Shown in pieces: positions 1 to 11,875 of a stretch of 64,000 nucleotides of DNA. Made by a program: the position numbers and the translations under genes. The notes beneath the pieces were generated by a model. The model was not told the origin of the DNA and made no database searches. It saw only the letters and a list, made by a program, of their open reading frames with translations. The stretch is from Malacoraja senta (Eukaryota). The DNA is taken from positions 5,146,001 to 5,210,000 of the forward strand of contig CM075993.1 of NCBI GenBank assembly GCA_038087875.1, read 5' to 3'. Every line of letters begins with the position of its first letter. Position 1 is the first letter of the stretch.

Positions 1-161
1 TGTCCTCTTCACTGGCACAATGAAATAAAAGAGGGCATGTTGCTAACTAAAGAGGCCAAAAATCCAAGCATCTTTCATTAAATGCAGAAGACAAATGTTA
101 AAATCTTCAACTGTGGATAAAGAATTTAAACACAACACCAAGAGCACATAATCCAGAACAC

Positions 162-681
162 GGGGCTGTCCCACTGCGGCGACCTAATTGGCGAGTTTAG
201 AAGAATTTGCCCTTGACATACTCGCAGCATGGTCGACACGAGGTCCTAGGAGGTCTTTGTAACTCTCCTTCATGCTCGAGAGTAGTCCCCGCCTACTCGA
301 GGCCTCAGCTAGGTCGCGGCGTATTTTTCAACATGCTGAAAAATGCCCGCGAGTAAAAAAAGGTCGCCATGGAAAAAAATCCGTAGGTTTAGTCGAGGTA
401 GGTCGTAGTAGGTCGGCATGTTAGTCGTAGGTAATCAAGGGTAGTCGAAGGTAATCAAAGGTAGTCGTAGATAGTCTTTAACATAGTCGAAGGGAGGTCG
501 AAGGAGGTCGTCCTCACTCTCACTATTCGGTGTCCAATTTTCCCGAAGCTAGTCGAACCTAGTCTTCAACATAGTCAGAGGTCTTCTCCATAGTCGAAGG
601 AGGTCTTCAACATGACACTTTTTCAAACTCTCCTAAACTGTTCTCAACTCGCCAATTAGGTCGCCGCAGTGGGACAGCCCC
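162..681. mobile_element. PIF/Harbinger-type MITE
   Basis: ~36-bp TIR ggggctgtcccactgcggcgacctaattggcgagtt at both ends; interior of degenerate (ta)gtcgaag repeats; TSD not clear. Confidence 0.8.
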
Positions 682-974
682 TTCACTTGCAGCCTTGTTT
701 GTAGCTCTGCTAATCTGCCCAAATCATTTTCCCGTTCCTTTTGGATTTCAAACACTGGAAAATTCATTCTTTTGTTTATTAGTAGGGGTCAAAAGGCAAA
801 GTGGTGATCAACAGCTCCAGAAAAAAAGACAAGATCCAATCTTATAATTTTAAGTTAAAAAAGTAAAATTTTACTGAAGAAAATGCAAGTTCTATGCAGT
901 TGCATGCAGCATCACTTCTCAATAAAATCAACAATTTAACACAGAGCTGGGGCAAAGCATTTGCAACTCTGTTA

Positions 975-1212
975 AGCCCCTGTCCCACTTGGCCGACCTA
1001 TGCCGACCTTTTTTTTACTCGTGGACATTTTTTTAGCAGGTTGAAAAAACACCGCGACCTACTTGAGGCCACGAGTACGCGCAGACCACTCACGAGCATG
1101 AGGAAGAGTTAACAAAGACCTCCACGACCCCGTGGCGACCATGCTGCGAGTATGAGTCAAGGGCAAACTCAGCAGAGGTCAGCAATTAGTTTGTACAAGT
1201 GGGACAGGCCCT
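975..1212. mobile_element. PIF/Harbinger-type MITE, inverted relative of 162-681
   Basis: TIR agcccctgtcccactt...aagtgggacaggccct; TTA on both sides; interior aligns to the reverse complement of ~190-370. Confidence 0.8.
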
Positions 1213-1774
1213 TTACACTGTTCTTGATGAACAATGATGAATGTAGCTATAGGCCACTAGACACTTCAGCTTGCACTGCTTGTTGGCACCATATGGTGTA
1301 ATCATAGCAATGACTTCAAGTAATGATCTTGAAAACAGTTAAGATTCCATGCAAGATTTGTAATTTAGTCAGGTTGAAAGATGCTGCATTTCCAAATATA
1401 TTTCCATAACCTGAAGGTCATTACTGATCATCGGCTCAAGTAGCTGGGGAATATTCATCAAATGGTCCCCGAACATTATAACAATTTTGCATTCAGGAAA
1501 TTATATCTATATAAGAAACTGAACGTTATAAGCTGTAGAACAGAAGGCAGAACCACATAAAATTTCAAATTATGTTTATGACTTTATGACATTTTTTAAG
1601 TGCCAACTAAGGGAAGCATTATTAATGTTATAAGTGTCACAATAAACTTTCCTTGTTCTGTATTGTGTTGAAAGAGTATCTTGCATTGAAGTGAAGAGAC
1701 AAGATATGGCTTCTCAATTAACATAGGGGTCATATTAGACACACACATTCTAAACTTGTTCTAAACACTCAGGG

Positions 1775-2815
1775 TAGGTGTGTTACAAAACTTACCTTCA
1801 GTCGCGCTGTAATTCTGCCACTGGCCGTGTGCGCGATTTTGGTGCCTTTAAGGGGGGGGCGGGGTTAAAACGCGGTTTCTCCTCCCTTGTCCTGAATTAT
1901 ATTTCGTTGGAGTACAAGCGTTTGCTGAAAAATCGTTCCTAGGGGCGTTTTGTGAATTTTTTATTTTTATTAAATCGTCAATGTCAGCGCTGGAGTAATT
2001 TTAAAAGCAGCTCCTGAAGCGTCAACGCCGATAACGGGGACGGATTTCACACACGGGACAGGTAAACGAAAGTGGTTTCTTTAAATGTATAAAAGTGCTT
2101 CTTAAGAAGCCTTTAATTCACATTTTTTCATGCGAAACGGTGATTTTATTCCCCGAACTAACGGCAGTATTTTTCATGCCAATACGGGGTTAAATTCACC
2201 GCAAATGAACGTTCCAAAAGATCGCGTTCCAGAAATCCTCACTCACAAGATGATTTAAATGCCCATTAATTTACAGGTATTAAACATTCAATTCCTTCCA
2301 TTTGGCCTGTAAATTCATGAAAATGAGATTTAAAAATTATGTTATATTGTGAATTATTGTGTGAATGTTATTTGGACACTTAGGCTATTTAAAAATGTTA
2401 ATCTATTCTTAAGAAATTGATAGATGTTTAGATCTAGTAATTGAATTTTGTAATTAGCTACAATTAGGTAACTAACTAATTATATGCTTTACTTTCATGT
2501 CTTCTAAGTAAGATTGTTTCATATTTGTTTCAGAATGCGTCAATCTATAATAACTGAAAATTTCTTTCAGTTATCTTAATTTTTAAGAAAGTTATGGGCT
2601 TTTAACTGTCCTCGATCACAGCTTTTGTGTTAAGTCAATGGAAAAGCAATAGGGAACAAGATGCTAATTTCCAAGTATGAAAATGGCCATAACTTCTTTA
2701 ATACTGAAGATATGAAAGTGAATTAGGTGTCAAATTAAACTTCTTTTTATGCTTTATCTGATGGGATAAATTACAGACTTTATTTTTTAAATCTCAACAT
2801 TTTGTAACATTGCTA
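1775..2815. mobile_element. Non-autonomous DNA transposon (hAT-like TAG...CTA ends)
   Basis: Imperfect 16-bp TIR taggtgtgttacaaaa / tagcaatgttacaaaa; flanking direct repeat ctcaggg (1768-1774, 2816-2822); no long ORF. Confidence 0.8.
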
Positions 2816-3747
2816 CTCAGGGAGACGGAGCGAGCTGGGGTTGGGTCGGCAGGTCCGTCAGCCCTATCTGACATCTATTATAAGGAGGTCGTTAAAACAA
2901 GGGTTTACTGTATTGCCTTTTTAGAGAGAAGACAGTGAGGGGAGAAGAATGAGAGCATAGTTGATTCTTTCACGATGAAGGGACACAAACGGAAAGAGCG
3001 ATTGCCACTCGCAACGCCATCTGTGGCTGCTCAGGGAATTTCAACTGAGCTCTCGTAATTTTGTCTGGATTGTTGGGGTGGCGAACCATCAGTTGACGGA
3101 ACGGTATTCAACCTGTACCACATTTCAAAAAATTACAAAGAATGGGATTTTTACATTCTACAATTACAGATTCTTGTAGTCCTTTTTATGGTTTTATTTA
3201 TCTTTGCTGTTTTTTCCCTTCTTCGACACTCGCTTGGGGTGAGGGGTAATTTGCTTCCACTCCAGTTCTGTAGTATCGGGCATGACTGATGAGGCCAATT
3301 TGGAATCCACAAACACCCATCGGTAAGGCAGAAGGTGCTTGATAAGGTTGCTCGATTATAATTTTAGAAATTGTAAGTGAATGAAATAGAATAGAGATAC
3401 AAATGGAGTTTTCATTTCAGTGCACTATTGTGCGGCGATTTTTGCCACCAGTGGCACATTAATATTAATGGAAAAGCTGAAGATATCTCAATGCCACCCT
3501 CTATTACACTCTATTCCATTTTGGTCAGTCATGGGCCCGGGATTCTATGGTGATTTTATACCTTTTCATCAAATATTTGAAAATATTTTTTAATAATTGT
3601 AATGGTTTCGTTGGTACGCTGAAGACACTGGCAAAGTAACTGAACTAAATGTCCTCACCGATGGCTTGCCCAATCATATCTATCAGATTATACAAATGCT
3701 CTGAAAAACATCAACATTTCTTAAACAAAATATAATCTGAACAATGG

Positions 3748-3865
3748 GAGGTAGACAAAAATGCTGGAGAAACTCAGCGGGTGAGGCAGCATCTATGGAG
3801 CGAAGGATTCTTAGCTCCATAGATGCTGCCTCAACCGCTGAGTTTCTCCAGCATTTTTGTCTACC
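3748..3865. mobile_element. Penelope pLTR-derived fold-back insertion
   Basis: Near-perfect ~52-bp inverted arms; flanked by atctgaacaatgg (3735-3747, 3866-3878). Confidence 0.85.
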
Positions 3866-4340
3866 ATCTGAACAATGGATGTGCCTTTTATTCAGTTTCA
3901 GTTCAGTTTAGTTTAGTTTATTGTTATGTGTACTGAGATACCTTTTGTTGTGTGCTAACCAGTTAGTTATTTCAGTCAAATAACCAGTTATTTGAACATT
4001 CTAAAAGATATGCAGGAATAAAATAGTTCTAAACAACATGAAAGCTATTGCATTACCCGTGTAGTCAAGATTGTAATGATGATTATTTCCCACGTACTTG
4101 TATGTACAAAAGGCAAATACCCAATGAAAGTCAAAACTCTTGTTAACATTTCAGGGGGGGGAAAAAAATGTCAATGCATGCATAACCCCAATTAAAGTTG
4201 AAAACACCAATATGAAGTCACTTCATTTTATTTTAATGAAACCATTTGTCTTGTATTGTGTAATTTTTCTAATGGCGAAATCTCAGCATTGGCTAAAAAG
4301 TGGAAAAGCAGCAATTGTAAGCAAAGCTTACAATTGGTCA

Positions 4341-4434
4341 CAAAGGGTCTCGACCCGAAACATCGCTCATTCCTGTTCTCCAGAGATGCTGCCTGTCCCA
4401 CTGAGTTACTCCAGCATTTTGTGTCTACCTCAGG
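4341..4434 (+). mobile_element. Penelope pLTR fragment
   Basis: agggtctcgacccgaaacatc...gatgctgcctgtccc...ctccagcattttgtgtcta; flanked by ttacaattg(g/c)tca duplication. Confidence 0.8.
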
Positions 4435-4493
4435 TTACAATTGCTCATTGGCTTAAAAAGCAACGTTGGTTTCACAATATATTTTCACTTTCA

Positions 4494-4635
4494 CCACCAG
4501 GTGGCGCCGTACATGGCAGCCTCGCCGACAGCCTGCCTCGTCCCTTTCTTCTTTTGTTGTTTTTAATCTGGTTTTACTTGTATGTTTTAGTGTATCTTTA
4601 GTTTTTTTGTTTTATGTGGGGGTGGAGGTAGGAAA
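4494..4635 (+). mobile_element. 5' fragment of GC-rich non-autonomous retroelement (family of 33051 and 34496)
   Basis: caggtggcgcc start and T-rich gtatgttttagtgtat...gtgggg block shared with 34496-34620. Confidence 0.55.
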
Positions 4636-4845
4636 TTGTTCAATTTGCAAGATTTCAGTGTATTTAAAAAAAAGGGAAAATAGATGGTTCATACTTCTGC
4701 CATTTTTATGGTTTTATGCATTAAAAAAAGTATTTCAATCTGATAACATGTTGCCTGTGACAAAACACAATAGCAGGTGGTTTCCTGGCCCCTCGTGCCT
4801 CCCCTGCTAGTTCATATAATCATGGCTGACCTTCCCAGACATCAA

Positions 4846-4994
4846 GTTTGTTTAAGAAGGAACTGCAGATGCTGGAAAATCGAAAATGAATAAAAATGCT
4901 GGAGAAACTCAGCGGGTGAGGCAGCATCTATGGAGTGAAGGAATCGCTCCATAGATGCTGCCTCACCCGCTGAGTTTCTCCAGCATTTTTATCT
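4846..4994. mobile_element. Penelope pLTR-derived fold-back insertion inside an old CR1 remnant
   Basis: Inverted arms; direct repeat accttcccagacatcaa (4829-4845, 4995-5011). Confidence 0.85.
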
Positions 4995-7469
4995 ACCTTC
5001 CCAGACATCAACTCCACTTCTATGCCAGTTTCTCACTGACCTCCATACCCCAATCTTTCAAGAATTAATTTACCCAATCTTTAAATACCTCCAATGATCT
5101 AACCTCCATAACCCTCTATAACAGAATTCCAAAAAGTCGACAGTTTGTAGGAGTACTTTTTTGCGTGTGCATGCATGTGTGTGTGTCCTCCCTCCCTCTT
5201 TATCTTCTAACTGACTCTGTATTAACAAATTTGGTGTTCATTTCATTCTCAAAACTGTACACAGATGAAGGATTCTTAAAATTTACCTGCAGGCCAATAT
5301 GGTGTGCAGATGGAATCGTGGCTTCTATTTTAGCTCTCAATACAGTATATAGGCTCGGTTTTTATTTCATTAGTTCTACCTCAACTTCTCATTATATATC
5401 ATGTATCATGCTTCCTTTCAGGAGGTGGGATACATTTCAAACATTAATAAATCATCATCTATTGTCATCCAATTGATTTAACAAACACAACTCCGCAAGT
5501 GCTATATTTACTTCACTATAAATGCAAAGTTGACAGGATTGAAGCATTTCAAAATCGCACATATCTGGTTTGTAGTTCAAGCTATCTTGCCAAATTCTCG
5601 GGTAAGATTTTAATAATCAATTTGTTCTTTTTCTTGACATCAATGAAAAGGACGGCAAATGTGCGAGAACAAAAAGGGGCAATTTTCTAGAATGTCGTTC
5701 GTCTGTTAAAAATCATTGATTTGGAAATGTTAATTCTGTTCCGCTCACCACAATGCTTACTGACCTGCTCAGTACTTCCACCATGTTCTGCTTTCCTTTA
5801 GAATCATGGTTGTTTCATTACAATCAGGTTTGACTATTTAATACCCAAAAAGTGAATGAAGATCATCAAGAGAGTAAAGCCCATTCCCATTACAAATGTC
5901 TTGCAGCCGTTTTCCAGGGAAAGTGATCCTCAATAGTGGGTTTAAAGTTGAAATAATCTTGATAATACGGACTCATAATCTAGCAAATAAAACTGAAAAA
6001 TATTGAGTGTACTTTCTTATTTCCAATTTTAATTCAAACATTTAAATGATATCGATCATGATGCTTCGGTAACAAATTCTGATAACGCAACACTTTATTA
6101 TGGTAATCTGAGGGTCTTCGTATTTTACCCAAAAACCTGGGCAACGGAAATTGCTCAAGGATTAAACACAATGTTCTCAAAACTGCAATATTTAATAAGA
6201 AATACCACAGCTGATTTTCAAACATTAAAAAAGCCGTAAGCCTGAAATAGATGTGGAATTGCTTCACAGGATAATATTCATTTTGTACACATAACAGACA
6301 TATTGTTAACAAACCATTTTGAGGAACGGATCTTATTTTTATTTTCATTTGCCAAGCTCTGAACCAATTCCCAGTTCACGAATTGAAGGGTTTGGGGAAC
6401 ATCTGAATCTCCTGGTGGTTTTAATGGAAGGATGCTGAAGGAAAAAAGTCGTTGGCAAGAATATTATAGACCCATGAGGACTAGCCTCATATTAGAGCTG
6501 GTGCATTTTGTGGGTGTTTTTAGGGAGTTAGTACCTGTCCATTCATGGGCCATTGGTCAACCAGTGCGCAGACCATACCTAGCAGCAGCCTGCTCATTGG
6601 TACATGTTAATTGTATAGGTAGCAACAAACAACGTAGGACTTATTATTAGCTTATTAATAGAAATCTGCAAATGAAGGATATCAGCTGCTCCTTTCAAGG
6701 ACAGATTGAAAATAATTGTGACATCCATGGCCACAGTGATATAAAGCTGGAAAATAGAGTACAATAGATTTCAGGGTACTATAACCCAATTCCCAATGGC
6801 GATGATAACCAGCACTATCGCTGCATCAATTATTAGACATTCTCACTGATTTTCCAACATTCTCTATTGGAGAAGTATAGGTATTTAATAGCCAGCCATA
6901 ATTATAAGTGTAATTTTGGAGTTATACAATTTTTCCTCCAGAGATGTAAATGATATTATGTGCAAGTTATTGCTATCGATATTAATACTGTACTTCAGCA
7001 ACAGTTGATAAATATAAAAATGCATACCACAAATATTTTAAATTTAGACCCATTGGACATTTTATACTATTTGCCTGTCTGAAGGTTTAATTAAAAAGTG
7101 CATTCAATGACAAAAGACTTCAATCCACATCACATAGTCACATTCATAATTAATTTAATGGATGCTAAAATTCAAAGGCCATGGAAATGATAAAAGAGAA
7201 TTTTCGCCAACAACTGTTCAGCATCAAATTACTGGTGTCTAGACATATCAGAATGTACTTTAATACTTATTGCAATTTGCATGCCTGCCTAAACAGTCTG
7301 ATGGCCTGGTGCCATTCAACAGCGATACCCGCTACCGATTCAACAGAAATGTTAGTAACACATTTATTCTTGCAGTGCTAGCGACATCATATAATAGATT
7401 ATTTCCCAGTTTGACGAGGTTTCTCTTTCATGACACAAAGCCCAGAAGTTCAATGATCAGAGGATAATG

Positions 7470-8010
7470 ATATTAAAGAGACAGGCTGGAGAATTAGTAA
7501 ATAGGTAGCAAATCAAACTTAAAATGTTGAGAATTGGGAATTGCTACATTTTAATAGGACATAAACGAGATGGCACAATTTAAAATAAGGTGCAATAGCA
7601 AAGAGATTAAGGGATGGATGTGCAGGTTGAGACACTGGTAAATACAGCAATGTGGTACTCCTGGGTTTTATAAATAGAATATTAAAATACAAGTGCAAAG
7701 AAGTCACAATGGACTTTTAAAACCACTGGGTCAGCCATATGTGAAGTTGGCCAAGTATAACTGCCACATTTCTGGAAACTCTTTACTGAATAAACAGAGG
7801 AGATTTACTGAAATGATTCCAGGGATAAAGGATAAGGGAATTTAGCTCTGCGGCTAAACAGATTAATCTTGTATTGTTTTTCGTGGAATAGAAGAGATTG
7901 CAAATGGATCTGGTAGTTATTTAAAATTATACAGGTACTGGAATGAATAGATTCAGATAAACTGTTACCATTGGTGAAAGGGCCAAGAGCAAGGGGGAAA
8001 TAAAGATGGG
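7470..8010 (+). mobile_element. Old degenerate CR1 LINE ORF2 fragment
   Basis: Decayed similarity to the young CR1 copies (ttactgaaatgattccagggat, ctgttaccattgg). Confidence 0.55.
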
Positions 8011-9539
8011 ACAAGCTATAAATTGCACTTTTGTGATTTAGTTTCTGCTACATTGACAAATCATGTCAAGTTTCTACAAGGAAAAAGATCCAAAAATAAG
8101 AAGCCAGAAGGCTTCCTTGAACTTGCGTAATATGATTATGAATAATCTTTTCCTTCATGTCCACCTCTGACCAAAAGACAAAAATCCATACATCTCAGCC
8201 TTTAATCTAACAAACGACTGAGCACCCAAAGGCCGCAATTCCCGGTATAATTCAGAGACATGGACCAATAATGGAAGGCATCTCAAAGCACTCGAGAATA
8301 CAAACAATATTATCTCTACGAAGTCCTACAAATCCATTGGCAGGGAAGTGAAGCAATATCAGTTTTTCTCTCCCAAGCCAACATCTGCAGCACTAAGGCA
8401 CAGTTGTCAAACAGCTCTGGCACGCAAGACATATTGTCTGCATGCTTGACATCATCCTTGTAAAACCAGTATTTTCAGCCAACCTTTGACACAACCAGGG
8501 AACTCCAGGAGGAAGAGGAAATGATTCAAGGATATTCCCAAACTATTCTTGAAAATAATGCAACATCCTGAACACAAGGGAATTAAATGCTCAAAATAAA
8601 GGAAGAGCACCTGGAAAGTCACCAAGCACCTTGAGTCTCCACAATAGAAATCATTTTCAAATTGACAGGGTTTATGAGCAACAACTCAAACTACCTATCA
8701 ACTTGCTCCACCAAGCTCCTGGCACACACATCACCGACAGATTCCACTTTAAAACCAGAGTAAGAATAAACGAACCTTGATCTTGAGGAACACGATACGT
8801 TTAGATTCATGAACGAGCACAAGAAGATCCTTCTGTATGATCACATATACTCGTTCTTCATTGTTTAAAGCAGTATTCCGATTGTCCATTTTTACATTTA
8901 AGAAACAAATTTAAACTCCATCTACCCACCTCCCTCCTCATCTGTTATCTTTGTATATCTCACTTTGGGATTTTCCCTCATTTTCCTACCTAGCTTTGTA
9001 TCTCCAGCAAATAGGAATACAGCGTACTGTCTCTCAATTTAGGAATACAGCATAGTCTCCCAATTAAAGTTATTTATATCAATTAAAGTTGAAGCATACA
9101 ACATATGCACATGACACTGAATTAATTAACAGTTTGAAAACTTGAAAACAGTATGTTTATTCTTGGTTTATGTTTTCTGGGTTTAACCGTTCCGCTATAA
9201 TCCATGCATTGATGAACCAGGATGGTGTGGACATGGAGAGGAACCTGCAGGAAGTGGTCTTCCCACATGTTGGAACTCTCACCCTTCGTGATAGAGGCCA
9301 CAGATTTTGAATGCTTTGATATGATGCAAAATGTTAAAATGAAAGAAGAGAAAGATGAAAGAAGAGAAGATGAAAAAAGCGGACAAACACCAACAGAAAA
9401 ATATCAATTGACAAACCTGGTACGAGAAAGCCTCTTTCAGTTATATTTGCACCAAAGAAACAGACAGAAAGACTGAAAAATGGGCATAACTATGATTCTT
9501 TTCCCTCTTATTCATCAGCATCCAATATGGAAAGCCAAA

Positions 9540-10135
9540 AATAGACAGATTGCTGGAACAACTCAGTGGGCCAGGCAGTATCTCTTCCAGAACAGAGGAA
9601 TCGTTTCAATAGAAGGATCCTGACCCAAAACACCATCCATCCATGTCCTCCGCAGATGCTCAGAAGTTCATAAGTCTTAGGAACAGAAGTAGACCATTCG
9701 ACCCATCGAGTCTACTCCGCCATTCAATCATGGCTAATCTATCTTTCCCTCTCAACCCCATTCTCCTGCCTTCTCCCATAACCCTTGACACACTTACCAA
9801 TCACGTATCTGTCGATCTCCACCTCACAATACCCAATGACTTGGCCTCCACAGCTGTCTGTGGCAATGAATTCCTCAGATCAACCACTCTGACTAAAGAA
9901 ATTCCTCCTCACCCCCTATCTTTTATTCTCTCCACATTCCCATCATCACTACCATTCACCTACACACTAGGACAGTTTATGACAGCCAATTAACCTTCTC
10001 GCCCACAGATTCTGGGGGTGTCGGTGAAAAACGGAGGATCAGGGGAAACATATGCAGTCATGGGGAGAACATACAAAACTCCTTACAGACAGCACCGAAG
10101 GCCAAGACTGAACCCAGCTTCACTGGTGCTGGGAC
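9540..10135 (-). mobile_element. Composite: Penelope pLTR remnant (9540-9662), CR1 3' end (9665-9912), V-SINE (9925-10135)
   Basis: Reverse-complement matches to the CR1 3'UTR (ccattcaatcatggct...ctgtggcaatgaattcc) and SINE V-domain (cagtcatggggagaacatacaaaactccttacagacagcacc). Confidence 0.7.
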
Positions 10136-10651
10136 ACTCAGTTGCCAGGGTTTAGTAGCAAAATTGCCCCTAGCGTAATGTGGTATAGGGGATGGGGCGT
10201 AAATTGGGTAGAATGTGGTGAGAATATAATAGGATTAGTGTAAATGGGTGCTTTGCAGCAGGCATGGACTTGGTGGGCCAAAGGGCCTGCTTCCCTGCAG
10301 CATCTCTCTATAATTCAACGACAAATAAATCTTGTGTATTTTTCAAACAGATGAAGAACAGGTGCAAGGGTAAAGATATTGAAACCTGCTATTTTATTGT
10401 TGAGTTGATGTTTGGTTGCCTTCTTATTCCTATTCACTTGTGATTTGCATTTCAATGTGTTTCCTGCTGTTCATATCCTCGATTAGATTTGAAACATCTG
10501 GAAAACATTTCCTTTATACTCTCAAACTTTGGCAACTACAATATAGTTTTTCCAGTTTTATGGAGCCCCAGGGTTTTGAAAGCCTTCACATCAACAAAGG
10601 CATCCCTATCTTTTTATATGATAAAAGAATACTGCAAGAACAAACAAAAAT

Positions 10652-10835
10652 AGTTTAGGTTTATTTTTGTCACATGTGCGGAGGTACAGTGAAAAGCTTT
10701 GTTTTGCATGCTGTCCAAACAGATCAGGTATACCACAGATACATACAATCAAGTCAAACTCAACTTGATAGAGCAAGAGGAAGATGCGGAGTGCAGAATA
10801 TAGTTCTCAGCATTGTAGTGCATCACATCCATAGT
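10652..10835 (-). mobile_element. Rex1/Babar-type 3' tail fragment
   Basis: ttatttttgtcacatgtgcggaggtacagtgaaaagc, the reverse of the tgtgacaataaa-type tail; similar to 3895-3965, 27590-27660 and 63150-63220. Confidence 0.55.
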
Positions 10836-11151
10836 CAATGTGGAAGCTCCAATTGTCCACCAGCATATATCATCCTCTCCACTTCTTAAATCAAAATCGG
10901 ACATCTTTTCTTTGGATTTGTTGCTCTGGTTAAGCATTTCCCTCCCTAGAATTCTGCTTAATTTTCAATTAGCAGTTGAGCTGCTGAAGATAAAAATTCA
11001 TCTAGGTGGACTACTTTTCAAGCCACTGATGACTCGTTTCAACTATGCAATTAAGTTGGTAGTTATGTAGTGCACAATTTTAAACCATCATAAGGAATGC
11101 CAGAGATCAAAGTAAGTTGTAAATGGTATTAATGAACAAGGTACTGTAGCT

Positions 11152-11369
11152 AAAGATAGACACAAAAATGCTGGAGTAACTCAGCGGGACAAGCAACATC
11201 TCTAGAGAGAAGGAATGGATGACATTTCGAGTCTCAGTCGGAAGAAGGGTCTCAATGGCCGAAACGTCACCTATTTTTTTCTCTCCAGAGATGCTGCCTG
11301 TCACTCTGAGTTCCTCCAGCATTTTGTGTCTATCTTTGGTGTTATCCAGCATCTGCAGTTCCTTCCTAC
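11152..11369. mobile_element. Penelope pLTR fold-back insertion
   Basis: Inverted arms; acaaggta(ct/tg)gtagct duplication at 11136-11151 and 11370-11385. Confidence 0.85.
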
Positions 11370-11767
11370 ACAAGGTATGGTAGCTTTTTGGTTGTGATGG
11401 AAGATGCTTATTTTTAAATATGGCCTTGCCTACATGCTTCTGCGCACAAGAATGAAACCGTGATTGACTTACTTAATAGGAAACTGAATAGCACAAGGAC
11501 TTCAAATATTCTAAAAGTGATACCAAGTACAACACTGACAATTAAGCACAAAAGAAAAGAGCCAATGATGATGATTTTTCATTCCAGGAATGTACTAGCA
11601 TGTGCTTTCTAACATGGGAAAAAAGTATTTTGTTCAAAAACTACAACTTCACTAACATAGGTTGATCAATACATTAAGAATTTTTGGCAGAATTATAGGA
11701 AGGGAAATGCTTTAACTTATATCAAATTAAATGTAACCTAATTATTATTCATTAACTTTAATGACAG

Positions 11768-11875
11768 GGATGTATGGAGGTAAAAAAAAGGCAGGAACCG
11801 GGTACTGATTGGGGATGATCAGCCATGATCACAATGAAGGGCCAAAAGGCCTACTCCTGCACCTATTGTCTATTG
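11768..11875 (+). mobile_element. CR1 3' end with (ctattgt)n tail
   Basis: gatgatcagccatgatcacaatgaagggcc...cctactcctgcacctattgtctattg. Confidence 0.8.

Noticed and set aside
385-610. CRISPR-like or regular repeat array
   Set aside because: Degenerate ~10-bp repeats inside a MITE with no unique spacers; eukaryotic context.
1788-1800. Strong minus-strand donor (AAG|GTAAGT)
   Set aside because: Within the subterminal region of a DNA transposon, with no supporting exon.
3286-3310. Hammerhead at ctgatgaggcc
   Set aside because: No stem II followed by a GAAA box.
8250-8900. Old Penelope RT remnant (also ~39280-39600)
   Set aside because: Only faint motif echoes; too decayed to call without an HMM search.
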